Shown: in pieces, positions 10,829-18,174 of the stretch
Layout of the letters: the number at the start of each line of letters is the position of its first letter
Position numbering within the stretch: position 1 is the first letter of the stretch
Sequence record: PV261925.1
Strand: one strand, 5' to 3'
DNA: 64,000 bases
Position numbers and translations under genes: made by a program
The notes under the pieces: model-generated
Database searches by the model: none
What the model was told of the DNA's origin: nothing
The model's input: only the letters and a program-made list of their open reading frames with translations

Positions 10829-11395
10829 CTAATATGGTTCAAAATAATTTAAAACTTCATCAATGTGAAACACATAGCACGGAGCTGTTGTGTATCCATA
10901 GTATAACATCTTTTGTATCCTATGGGAACCATCCATTGATCTATATCTCTTTCCAGTAATCGTAGTAGTACCATCTAATAAGATACCTGGATATGTAATA
11001 TCTGCTTCAATGACTCTACTACCACCACAACATGGACAATATAATGTATCTGAGGTAGCTCCATATTTCTCTTCCTGATACCATTGAATATCAGAAATCG
11101 GAACATCCAGTAGTCTATCTGAATTACGCATCCAATTCAATCTTCTTAATCGAATCCAATACCCTTCACCTACCTCTGGAATATGCCAATTGGTTTCGGA
11201 CTTGAATCCAGACTTATCATAATGTTGAAAACTATCACCCTCAAAGTAATGAGAAAATAATAACTCATCATACCATCCATCATAACCATATAACTTTAAT
11301 TCATTGTCTCGATAATCATCAATACAATAAATGTTACCAGGTATCAGTTCTGGATACTGTGAGAAACCATCATACAATACAAGTAATCCTTTCAT
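10829..11395 (-). CDS. Hypothetical protein with C-terminal ParB/sulfiredoxin-like domain
   Basis: YPGILL...YRSMDGSHRIQKML..GYTTAPCYVF resembles the ParB/Srx DGxHR motif; likely start ATG 11395 just after a terminator. Confidence 0.55.
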   Translation of the reverse strand: MKGLLVLYDGFSQYPELIPGNIYCIDDYRDNELKLYGYDGWYDELLFSHYFEGDSFQHYDKSGFKSETNWHIPEVGEGYWIRLRRLNWMRNSDRLLDVPISDIQWYQEEKYGATSDTLYCPCCGGSRVIEADITYPGILLDGTTTITGKRYRSMDGSHRIQKMLYYGYTTAPCYVFHIDEVLNYFEPY

Positions 11396-11397
11396 AT

Positions 11398-11420
11398 AAA
11401 AAAGGGGGGTCGAAACCCCC
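11398..11420 (-). terminator. Rho-independent terminator after the glycosyltransferase gene
   Basis: GGGGGT-TTCG-ACCCCC followed by a T-tract. Confidence 0.85.
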
Positions 11421-11425
11421 ATACA

Positions 11426-12205
11426 TCAGATCACCCGAGTCTTCTCATGACCCACTCGAATCCGTGGATCACACCAGATATCATATCCAGCTTCAATTGC
11501 ATCAAGACAGAATGAAACGTCTTCACCACACATATCTTGAACTGCACCACTTTCAAACACTTGCATCTTAGGAGCAAACCAAGGATACTTCATCTTCTCA
11601 TTCTCAAAGACACCATTCTGAATCAGAACCCAACCGAATCCAGTATAGTCAACAGTAAATGGCTTCTTACGCTTACTGATACCATCAACCATCTCATGAT
11701 TCATCACACCACCATTATTCCTGAAGTCATCTTCTTCCAACCAATGCGCAACAGAGGTTGTCCGCCCGTCCTCAGTCGAATACCAACCTGCAACGATTTC
11801 CTTCTCCTCACCTTCAGAGTTTAACGCGAGGTCGCACAGCTGCCAGAACTTCTCAGTGTTAAAAATAATATCAGAGTCAATCCACAACTGATAATCATAA
11901 TTCAACTTACCATCCCAAGGAATCTGGTCAGGCCCTCTCAACACATTGGCGCCGAGACACTTACAACGTGCGAAGTTCACCATAGACGAGTAATCCTGAC
12001 TGATCTGAATACTCATCTGGTTCTGTACAAGATCAAAACATAACTGTACAAAATTCTTCATGAATGCATATGAACATCCACGTCCTGGAAGACAAAAAAC
12101 AATTGCCTTCCCTCTCATCCTCTCTTTGATCGCTTCATAGTCCCACTCAGGACCTTTATCTTTCTTCTTTGGTTCTGAAGCTTTTACTGTAAAACCTTTA
12201 GCCAT
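11426..12205 (-). CDS. GT-A-fold glycosyltransferase-like protein
   Basis: VNFARCKCLG, LWIDSDIIF (DxD), VDYTGFGWVLI and GEDVSFC motifs; likely start MAKGF at 12205. Confidence 0.75.
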   Translation of the reverse strand: MAKGFTVKASEPKKKDKGPEWDYEAIKERMRGKAIVFCLPGRGCSYAFMKNFVQLCFDLVQNQMSIQISQDYSSMVNFARCKCLGANVLRGPDQIPWDGKLNYDYQLWIDSDIIFNTEKFWQLCDLALNSEGEEKEIVAGWYSTEDGRTTSVAHWLEEDDFRNNGGVMNHEMVDGISKRKKPFTVDYTGFGWVLIQNGVFENEKMKYPWFAPKMQVFESGAVQDMCGEDVSFCLDAIEAGYDIWCDPRIRVGHEKTRVI

Positions 12206-12234
12206 GAATTTGAAATCACTCCATTTCAATTTTT

Positions 12235-12263
12235 ATTATACCAAGTATGTAGTCCTCTGTCAA
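12235..12263 (-). promoter_or_regulatory. Consensus sigma70-type early promoter
   Basis: TTGACA-N17-TATAAT. Confidence 0.85.
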
Positions 12264-12285
12264 TCACTGAGGGTATCGGTAAACC

Positions 12286-12498
12286 CTACTGTGACGTGTC
12301 TGACAAATTACTGATATCCACTCCTTCTTGTAGTACATTCACTACCTCATATGAGAGATCCTCAGCTTGATAGTCAGTCTTCACTAGGCCCACCAGGTTC
12401 TTTAAAGTCTCCCAACTACTTCGAAAATTCTCTTCTGACAAACTATGTAATACACACTCGTCCTTTAAGTATATGTGGTAGATCTTTGTAGAACTCAT
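12286..12498 (-). CDS. Hypothetical protein (70 aa)
   Basis: ORF track; typical composition. Confidence 0.7.
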   Translation of the reverse strand: MSSTKIYHIYLKDECVLHSLSEENFRSSWETLKNLVGLVKTDYQAEDLSYEVVNVLQEGVDISNLSDTSQ

Positions 12499-12681
12499 AG
12501 ATGCGCCGACCTTATGACAATTTTTTTATATATGGAATTTTTTTTATATGGGCAATATCTTAAGGCCGTTTGGGGACCTTTGTAGGTTAGGAAAGGCGCA
12601 ATTTCTTTTAAGGGGGGGCTCTTTGCGGGATCCCCGCGGTACTCGAAGGCCCTAAAATACTGTCGAATTTGGCATAGTGTC

Positions 12682-12711
12682 ATTATAACATATAAGGCCA
12701 CAGAGTGTCAA
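12682..12711 (-). promoter_or_regulatory. Consensus sigma70-type promoter within an inverted repeat
   Basis: TTGACA-N18-TATAAT with TGn extension; GGCCACAG/CTGTGGCC inverted repeat flanks the -35 box. Confidence 0.8.
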
Positions 12712-12733
12712 GAACTGTGGCCCTGGTATGTTA

Positions 12734-12985
12734 TCACGCGAAGAGATAAGTTCCGCGGTCGATGCGAGTAACTCCGCGTCCTTCTTTCACAGCTTTCAGG
12801 ATAGCCATTTTAGTCATAAAGTTCCCGCAGCATTCAGTCTGCATCCATGTGTCCCATGCACGGTTGTTGTTATACAGTGCACGCAGAGTAGGATACAACT
12901 CCTGCAGTGTATATGCACCGTTGAGTGATGGGATGATGTCGCGGACCCAATTGCGGATCTCTTTGTTAATTGCTTTGGTTTCCAT
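12734..12985 (-). CDS. Hypothetical protein
   Basis: ORF track 12734-13054; likely start METKAINK at 12985 after an AC-rich leader. Confidence 0.65.
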   Translation of the reverse strand: METKAINKEIRNWVRDIIPSLNGAYTLQELYPTLRALYNNNRAWDTWMQTECCGNFMTKMAILKAVKEGRGVTRIDRGTYLFA

Positions 12986-13071
12986 GTGTTGAGTGTGTGG
13001 TGAGTAGTGTATACAAAGGGGGTTCATATAGGCCCCCTTATATAAGCCCTTCATATAGGGCCCTTATGTGA

Positions 13072-13224
13072 TCAGAACTCAAGCGGTTCGAGTGTAGGTT
13101 GGGCCTGGGGGATTTGCACCTGTTCGATGTTATCACTGTTCGTAGCGATAGCCTCAAGGATGTTCAGGATTTGAGCACCATTGTTACCCTTACGAAGCAG
13201 AGAGATCATCAGATTGCGGGACAT
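13072..13224 (-). CDS. Small hypothetical protein (50 aa)
   Basis: Manual translation MSRNLMISLLRKGNNGAQILNILEAIA...; AC-rich leader. Confidence 0.7.
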   Translation of the reverse strand: MSRNLMISLLRKGNNGAQILNILEAIATNSDNIEQVQIPQAQPTLEPLEF

Positions 13225-13295
13225 GTGTTTGTGTGAGTTAGTGTGTGAATTGTGATGAGTTTAATGACATCATCAGGTCATACAGTAAGTGTAAC

Positions 13296-13412
13296 TCAGA
13301 GCAGCGCTTTGCGTTTGCGATTGATCTGAGAGGGCAGTACAGTAACTGTTACTTTCTTGCCATTAGCTTTGAGTTCATCAATGGACTTCAGCAGTTGTTG
13401 ATAGTTGGTCAT
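13296..13412 (-). CDS. Small hypothetical protein (38 aa)
   Basis: MTNYQQLLKSIDELKANGKKVTVTVLPSQINRKRKALL; first gene after repeat copy 1. Confidence 0.6.
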   Translation of the reverse strand: MTNYQQLLKSIDELKANGKKVTVTVLPSQINRKRKALL

Positions 13413-13515
13413 GATGATTGCCGTGGTTACACTATAGCGGACCTTTGGAGGTGAGTAATTTTGAAGTCCTCAGAGTGTTACAGATAAGTGATACTGATTT
13501 GACACGATTGGGGGG

Positions 13516-13544
13516 TTGACAGAATAGGAAAGGCCTGATAGACT
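13516..13544 (+). promoter_or_regulatory. Plus-strand sigma70-type promoter with no downstream ORF
   Basis: TTGACA-N17-TAGACT. Confidence 0.65.
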
Positions 13545-13730
13545 ACGGTCTTAGACGACTATAAGATCAGGCATTTAGCAGGGGGTTTATAGGCACTCAT
13601 GAGATACTAGCGAGACCCTTTGTAGCACATTACAAGACACTTTCGCAAACATTCGCATACATTTATAAAAGGCTTTAATATACAAAAAAAGGCAAATAGC
13701 AGTATTTATTCACCTTTTTGGAGGGTAATT

Positions 13731-13901
13731 TCATTGTAACTTAGTGAAAGGATTACATGTTGTTCTTGTTACTGGATCACCTAATTGTTCTCTTGATGGG
13801 ATGTCATCATGTGGTCTATATGCACTGATGATTGGTGATAACAAGAGAGCTAATCTTTCATCCATTTGTGTATGTCTGAGGTGATAGATGTGATGATTCA
13901 T
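13731..13901 (-). CDS. Small hypothetical protein (56 aa)
   Basis: Manual translation MNHHIYHLRHTQMDERLALLLSPIISAYRPHDDIPSREQLGDP... Confidence 0.5.
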   Translation of the reverse strand: MNHHIYHLRHTQMDERLALLLSPIISAYRPHDDIPSREQLGDPVTRTTCNPFTKLQ

Positions 13902-14215
13902 ACAGTAGTCATCTCCAGATAATCAGCTTCAGTTTGTAACTTCTTACCATTCCAAATATAGATCATTGGATCATCACAAGCACCATAATCTTCAACCTCT
14001 CCATCATCATTAAAAGTTACATAATCACGCAGTGAAACTACAACCATTGCGGTCTGATTACCAAGATGATTGATACATGCTTCGAGAGTGTAATCATCAA
14101 GATCACCACAAGCTGGAGTCCATTGAATATCAAGATCTTCGTTGCGATCTTCCTCTACAATATAACGGTGCTCATCTACAGAAAAGTCAAAGGCTTCGAT
14201 AGTGGCGAATTCCAT
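13898..14215 (-). CDS. Hypothetical acidic protein
   Basis: ORF track; first gene after repeat copy 2. Confidence 0.75.
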   Translation of the reverse strand: MEFATIEAFDFSVDEHRYIVEEDRNEDLDIQWTPACGDLDDYTLEACINHLGNQTAMVVVSLRDYVTFNDDGEVEDYGACDDPMIYIWNGKKLQTEADYLEMTTV

Positions 14216-14270
14216 GTGATTGTGTGTCTTATACTATAGTGGACGTTTGAAGGTGAGTAACTTTGTAGAG

Positions 14271-14429
14271 TTATGATTGACTTACTTTATTGATAACAAC
14301 TCGATGAGCAGGGTATCTCGCTTCAACTAATTGTCTTATAAAGTCTCTATCAGAACGATCAGATTGAAGAGAAAACTCATGCCTTCTCCCCTTGTCATCA
14401 TTCCAATAACCAGTGCAATTGTAGATCAT
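14271..14429 (-). CDS. Small hypothetical protein (52 aa)
   Basis: MIYNCTGYWNDDKGRRHEFSLQSDRSDRDFIRQLVEARYPAHRVVINKVSQS; ATGA overlap with the upstream gene. Confidence 0.7.
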   Translation of the reverse strand: MIYNCTGYWNDDKGRRHEFSLQSDRSDRDFIRQLVEARYPAHRVVINKVSQS

Positions 14430-14680
14430 TTGAAGAAATTAAGACGGTGGAGTTCAGTATAAGCGAAACGACGCATATTGTCATCCTCTGTTGTATGATA
14501 CAAATTGATCATACGCTGACAATAATCAGACCTCTTTGCGATCGGTGTGATACTTTGGCGTGAAGTGTAGCCAAGGTCATTGTTACCATTGGTCCGTACT
14601 TTAGGCCGGCCAAAGTTACCAGTGACATTACCTGTTGTTCTCAGTTTAGGCTTGATCTTTGAGAGATTTGAATCAGTCAT
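14426..14680 (-). CDS. Hypothetical protein
   Basis: ORF track 14426-14701; KLRTTGNVTGNFGRPK. Confidence 0.7.
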   Translation of the reverse strand: MTDSNLSKIKPKLRTTGNVTGNFGRPKVRTNGNNDLGYTSRQSITPIAKRSDYCQRMINLYHTTEDDNMRRFAYTELHRLNFFK

Positions 14681-14810
14681 GAACTTCGGAGTTGTCATCA
14701 ATTACAGTTACAATTTGTCCGTCTTGAGTTAGAATTTCATACTGAGTTTGAAATGATGAAATATCAGCCTTTCCAACAATAATAGCAGTGGTGAGGATAA
14801 ATTCAATCAT
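14673..14810 (-). CDS. Small hypothetical protein with hydrophobic N-terminus (45 aa)
   Basis: MIEFILTTAIIVGKADISSFQTQYEILTQDGQIVTVIDDNSEVHD. Confidence 0.6.
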   Translation of the reverse strand: MIEFILTTAIIVGKADISSFQTQYEILTQDGQIVTVIDDNSEVHD

Positions 14811-14871
14811 TAGTTAAACCTTTATACAAAAAGAGTAATAAAAAAATGAGAAGAATAAAACCTATGATCGA

Positions 14872-15135
14872 TCATAACTCCCATAGCATTTCATTCATCT
14901 CATTCACATCAATGTTAGGATCATCCCAACGAACACCATCACCAGTCTTGCAGAGATGTTTACCAATTTGTCCATCCATCATACAGCGGACAAACTTATC
15001 CCAAGGAGTCTCCAAACCCTCACGGTAGGTTACACATGCCTTGGCTGTGTTGTAAAGAAACTCATCATTGCCGATCCAAAGAGCAGCGTTCCAAGTTTCA
15101 TAATTAGACCAACCGTTGTAGGTAGAATCAGACAT
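14872..15135 (-). CDS. Phage hypothetical protein (YNGWSNYETW family)
   Basis: YNGWSNYETWNAALWIGNDE motif. Confidence 0.8.
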   Translation of the reverse strand: MSDSTYNGWSNYETWNAALWIGNDEFLYNTAKACVTYREGLETPWDKFVRCMMDGQIGKHLCKTGDGVRWDDPNIDVNEMNEMLWEL

Positions 15136-15274
15136 AGTAGAAAAAGAAATAAAGGTGGTGATTAAGTGTGGTTCAGAGAAACAAGTCAGAGAAGCAATCT
15201 AGAAGAGAGAAGTCTGAGCGAGAAGTCTGAACCCTTACACCTATGTGGACATTTCGAGGTGAGTAATTCTGTGG

Positions 15275-15607
15275 TCACACAATCTTCACTTGTTCAATCT
15301 TCTCTGATTGGAAAGATTGATCCTCATACTCAACCTCAGGAGAGAATGCGACTCCAATCATACCAAGAATGATAAGATTGACAAAGTTGATCACAAAAAC
15401 ACTTGGCACACCTAATACAAACCAAGGTGTCCATTTGCCTTGAAGACCACGAAGAACTCCCCAACTTGCAAGAGCTCCAATAGGCCCAGCGGTCAATAAT
15501 CCTGCAGTGGCAGCAACACCTTGTTCAAAACCTGAGGCGGTCTGACGTACAATAACTTGTTGCTGATTGTTGGTGATAGGATCAGGAGTGGTGATAGTCA
15601 TAATCAA
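15275..15607 (-). CDS. Hypothetical membrane protein
   Basis: Hydrophobic segments AATAGLLTAGPIGALASW and FVLGVPSVFVINFVNLIILGMIGVAF. Confidence 0.75.
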   Translation of the reverse strand: MIMTITTPDPITNNQQQVIVRQTASGFEQGVAATAGLLTAGPIGALASWGVLRGLQGKWTPWFVLGVPSVFVINFVNLIILGMIGVAFSPEVEYEDQSFQSEKIEQVKIV

Positions 15608-15638
15608 AAAGTGTTAGTTTAAGAAGAAAAGTTAGAAA

Positions 15639-15980
15639 TCAGAAGTGTTGTGGACAGATACGCTTTGCAGCGTTCAATACATCAAGATCACCCATGCTGA
15701 TGGTCATCACATAGTTTTCACCATTGCGATTGACACCATTGTTTGCCATCAGTGTCAGAGTGTCGCAATGTTTAGATGCCCAATTCTCAATCTCTGAAAC
15801 TTCATATTCAGCCTCAGTTTGATCACCAATAGTTTCAACTGGTGCAGGAACTTGAGCGATTGGTGTATTGTTGGCGACTTCAGATCGCTGGATGTCTTTA
15901 CCCATATCCATAACAATCAGTCCAGAAGTCAATGCCGAGACAACACACATTGCGCCGACTTGAATGTAGTTGAATTTCAT
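15639..15980 (-). CDS. Hypothetical protein with N-terminal membrane anchor
   Basis: ORF track 15639-16076; likely start MKFNYIQ at 15980. Confidence 0.7.
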   Translation of the reverse strand: MKFNYIQVGAMCVVSALTSGLIVMDMGKDIQRSEVANNTPIAQVPAPVETIGDQTEAEYEVSEIENWASKHCDTLTLMANNGVNRNGENYVMTISMGDLDVLNAAKRICPQHF

Positions 15981-15984
15981 AAAA

Positions 15985-16143
15985 TCAGTTACCATTGAGA
16001 AAATCATGTAATGCTTCCAAATACTCTTCTTTGGTCTCAAATGTGCGACCATAGATTGTCTTTGGAAATTCGCCAAGTTCGGCGGGTTTGTTGACAGGAT
16101 CTTTGCCCTGTGACTTGATTTGATCAGTGTAAGTGTTTCTCAT
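15985..16143 (-). CDS. Small hypothetical protein (52 aa)
   Basis: MRNTYTDQIKSQGKDPVNKPAELGEFPKTIYGRTFETKEEYLEALHDFLNGN; ATG immediately follows repeat copy 4. Confidence 0.65.
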   Translation of the reverse strand: MRNTYTDQIKSQGKDPVNKPAELGEFPKTIYGRTFETKEEYLEALHDFLNGN

Positions 16144-16178
16144 ACTATAGTGGACCTTTCGAGGTGAGTAATTCTGTG

Positions 16179-16379
16179 TCAGTCTAATCTCTTGAAATGA
16201 ACTGAATTAAACTGACCTGATTTGTTCTCTAATGTAATCTTAGTGTACCATGGTTGAATGTCAACACTCTCGACAACATAGCGATGACCAACTATCAAAT
16301 GAGATGGATAATCACTCGATGCCCATAACAACTGTTCATGAGTTGCTCCCTTAAATTCTACTATATCACCTGACTGCAT
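16179..16379 (-). CDS. Hypothetical protein
   Basis: ORF track; stop abuts repeat copy 4. Confidence 0.7.
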   Translation of the reverse strand: MQSGDIVEFKGATHEQLLWASSDYPSHLIVGHRYVVESVDIQPWYTKITLENKSGQFNSVHFKRLD

Positions 16380-16575
16380 TTATCATATCCTCCCACACTT
16401 CTTCGCCCATCATATCACTAATCTCCTCTTGCAAGTCAGTTTCATCATAATCTTTCATATTTGTTTCTATTTGTTCTGCTGCCCACTGACATAGAGTCTT
16501 GAGATCCATACCATCAACGATTAGCCAGGCATAGTCATTCTTTAGGTTATCAAGTTGTTCAGGTGTGAGTGTCAT
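16366..16575 (-). CDS. Hypothetical protein
   Basis: Likely start MTLTPEQL at 16575. Confidence 0.7.
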   Translation of the reverse strand: MTLTPEQLDNLKNDYAWLIVDGMDLKTLCQWAAEQIETNMKDYDETDLQEEISDMMGEEVWEDMINAVR

Positions 16576-16605
16576 TGGATCAGTGTAATATGCGACAAAA
16601 GACAT

Positions 16606-16627
16606 AAAAAAAGAGGGTAAAACCCTC
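16606..16627 (-). terminator. Rho-independent terminator
   Basis: GAGGGT-TTT-ACCCTC followed by T7. Confidence 0.75.
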
Positions 16628-16970
16628 AAGCAAAAACATAACCAGAATGGAAATCTTCAACGTTGTAGACTTTACCAGTTACTGAAGATTCGCCAATGAA
16701 CTTGCGAACATACCAGAGAAAGTCTTTCTGGAAAACACCTTCACCAGCGATACAATACTCTTCGCAAAGTGCATTGAGTCGTGATTTAGTGGTGTTAGAT
16801 TGCCAACCACCGTCAAAGATAGTCAGGCTAGTGTCATCAACCAGAGCAATTTTATTGCCGTGGAGATAAACAGTGGAAACACCCATGTTGGTGACAACTT
16901 CAGTGTTTCCAGATTTCCAGTTTTTGTTGCCGTTGATGGCTTCAATCATCTGGGATTCAATCTTACGCAT
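16626..16970 (-). CDS. Hypothetical protein
   Basis: MRKIESQMIEAINGNKNWKSGNTEV...LHGNKIA...TTKSRLNAL; first gene after repeat copy 5. Confidence 0.8.
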   Translation of the reverse strand: MRKIESQMIEAINGNKNWKSGNTEVVTNMGVSTVYLHGNKIALVDDTSLTIFDGGWQSNTTKSRLNALCEEYCIAGEGVFQKDFLWYVRKFIGESSVTGKVYNVEDFHSGYVFA

Positions 16971-17019
16971 GTGGTTTAGTGGTTCTTACACTATAGTGGA
17001 CATTTGGAGGTGAGTAATT

Positions 17020-17487
17020 CTAGTCTCTGGTAATTAACCACCAAAGTATACCACCAACGACAATTAAGGGAATGGTAATATACCAATATGCAATGGCAAC
17101 AAATACTATACCAAGTGCAAGTAGACCTCCTATGTCACCCATTGACATACTACTTCCACCAGAGTTAGTGTTATTGTAATTGACCTGATGTGTCCCACTA
17201 GATGTAATTGGAGTGGGTGTAGATGATGCCTTGATTCTTTCCTCCTGGTCTCTAAATCGTTGGTTTTGTTCTTCTATCTTTCTCTTGCGTTCTTCTTCTC
17301 TTCTATTATGTTCTTCACGTCTTCCAATATCATAATTATCGACCAATATCGCTGATTTAACATTGGCGCCAGGATAACGTGACCGTGCAACATCAAGTGC
17401 AGCATTGCCACTATTCACACCATCAATCAAAATATCTTGGTTGCGGTAGTTACGATCGCCGTAAATGTGAATTTTGTAAGTAGGCAT
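17020..17487 (-). CDS. Hypothetical membrane protein (coiled coil plus C-terminal TM segments)
   Basis: ORF track; TAG directly abuts repeat copy 5. Confidence 0.75.
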   Translation of the reverse strand: MPTYKIHIYGDRNYRNQDILIDGVNSGNAALDVARSRYPGANVKSAILVDNYDIGRREEHNRREEERKRKIEEQNQRFRDQEERIKASSTPTPITSSGTHQVNYNNTNSGGSSMSMGDIGGLLALGIVFVAIAYWYITIPLIVVGGILWWLITRD

Positions 17488-17515
17488 GAGATTGAAGAAT
17501 AAAATACTTTAACAA

Positions 17516-17626
17516 GTGGCCTTACATTGTATCAAGGTAACCACACCAAAACATGATACAAATGCCACACATTATGGGCCTTACATGAGTGTTGTAACCA
17601 CCACAGAAATTACACTCAATGCCCAT
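17516..17626 (-). ncRNA. Tandem pair of structured hairpins (GUAAG internal-loop scaffold), candidate ncRNA
   Basis: Unit B 17574-17626: ATGGGC-AT-TGAGTGT-19nt-ACACTCA-TGTAAG-GCCCAT. Unit A 17516-17568: GTGGC-AT-TTGTATCA-19nt-TGATACAA-TGTAAG-GCCAC. Stem sequences differ but pairing is kept. Confidence 0.65.
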
Positions 17627-17629
17627 CAA

Positions 17630-17812
17630 TCAAAAAGGATTAGTCCATTTGTGGTGTTGTTGTTTCGTAATCCTACCATCATCAAGTAAACTATCAACCA
17701 CATTTAGGAAGACAGCCCACTTCATGTCACGAGTGAAAGTAATACCTTCCTCTTTGCAATGAGTGTTCACAGTATTACGAACAACGCGTTGAACTTCAGT
17801 TTTTGTCATCAT
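17630..17812 (-). CDS. Hypothetical protein
   Basis: ORF track; LLDDGRITKQQH motif. Confidence 0.7.
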   Translation of the reverse strand: MMTKTEVQRVVRNTVNTHCKEEGITFTRDMKWAVFLNVVDSLLDDGRITKQQHHKWTNPF

Positions 17813-17866
17813 TTTTGTCCTTGTTTGGTTTAGTTGGTTTCGTCCAATAATCGCGGTAAATTGACA

Positions 17867-18019
17867 TCAATTAGTGGGAAAGTTACGACAGACGGCATCA
17901 CAAAGCATACGAATTACATCATCTTTATACTCAACTTCACCAAAGTTAGATTCAATAATACAATCAATGTCCTCCATGAGTTGTTCACGAGCGGTCAACA
18001 TTTCGAGTTGGTCCATCAT
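17867..18019 (-). CDS. Small acidic hypothetical protein (50 aa)
   Basis: MMDQLEMLTAREQLMEDIDCIIESNFGEVEYKDDVIRMLCDAVCRNFPTN. Confidence 0.65.
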   Translation of the reverse strand: MMDQLEMLTAREQLMEDIDCIIESNFGEVEYKDDVIRMLCDAVCRNFPTN

Positions 18020-18174
18020 TTAGAAAGAAGAAAACGACGTGCTTCGTAGGCTTGAAATTGTGAATTGAATGTGGCAATCTTGGTCATATCTTCACGCCAA
18101 TATAATGCCCATTTGTGTGACCCTATCACACCTTTAGCGATGATAGGGTTATCAATACCAAGTGGATAAGTCAT
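18016..18174 (-). CDS. Small hypothetical protein (52 aa)
   Basis: MTYPLGIDNPIIAKGVIGSHKWALYWRED...; ATGA overlaps on both sides. Confidence 0.65.
   Translation of the reverse strand: MTYPLGIDNPIIAKGVIGSHKWALYWREDMTKIATFNSQFQAYEARRFLLSK

Noticed and set aside
12495-12701. 68-aa ORF from the track
   Set aside because: Its start lies inside the promoter, upstream of the predicted TSS, and it crosses homopolymer runs; more likely non-coding
13025-13068. Short direct repeat CATATAGG(G)CCC(C)CTTAT x2
   Set aside because: Only two imperfect 16-17-nt copies and no supporting context; noted but not interpretable
17516-17626. 34-aa Cys-rich peptide MGIECNFCGGYNTHVRPIMCGICIMFWCGYLDTM over the tandem hairpins
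   Set aside because: Cys richness follows from the TG-rich sequence, the unit offset is not consistently a multiple of 3, and compensated stems explain the conservation better; translation is not excluded
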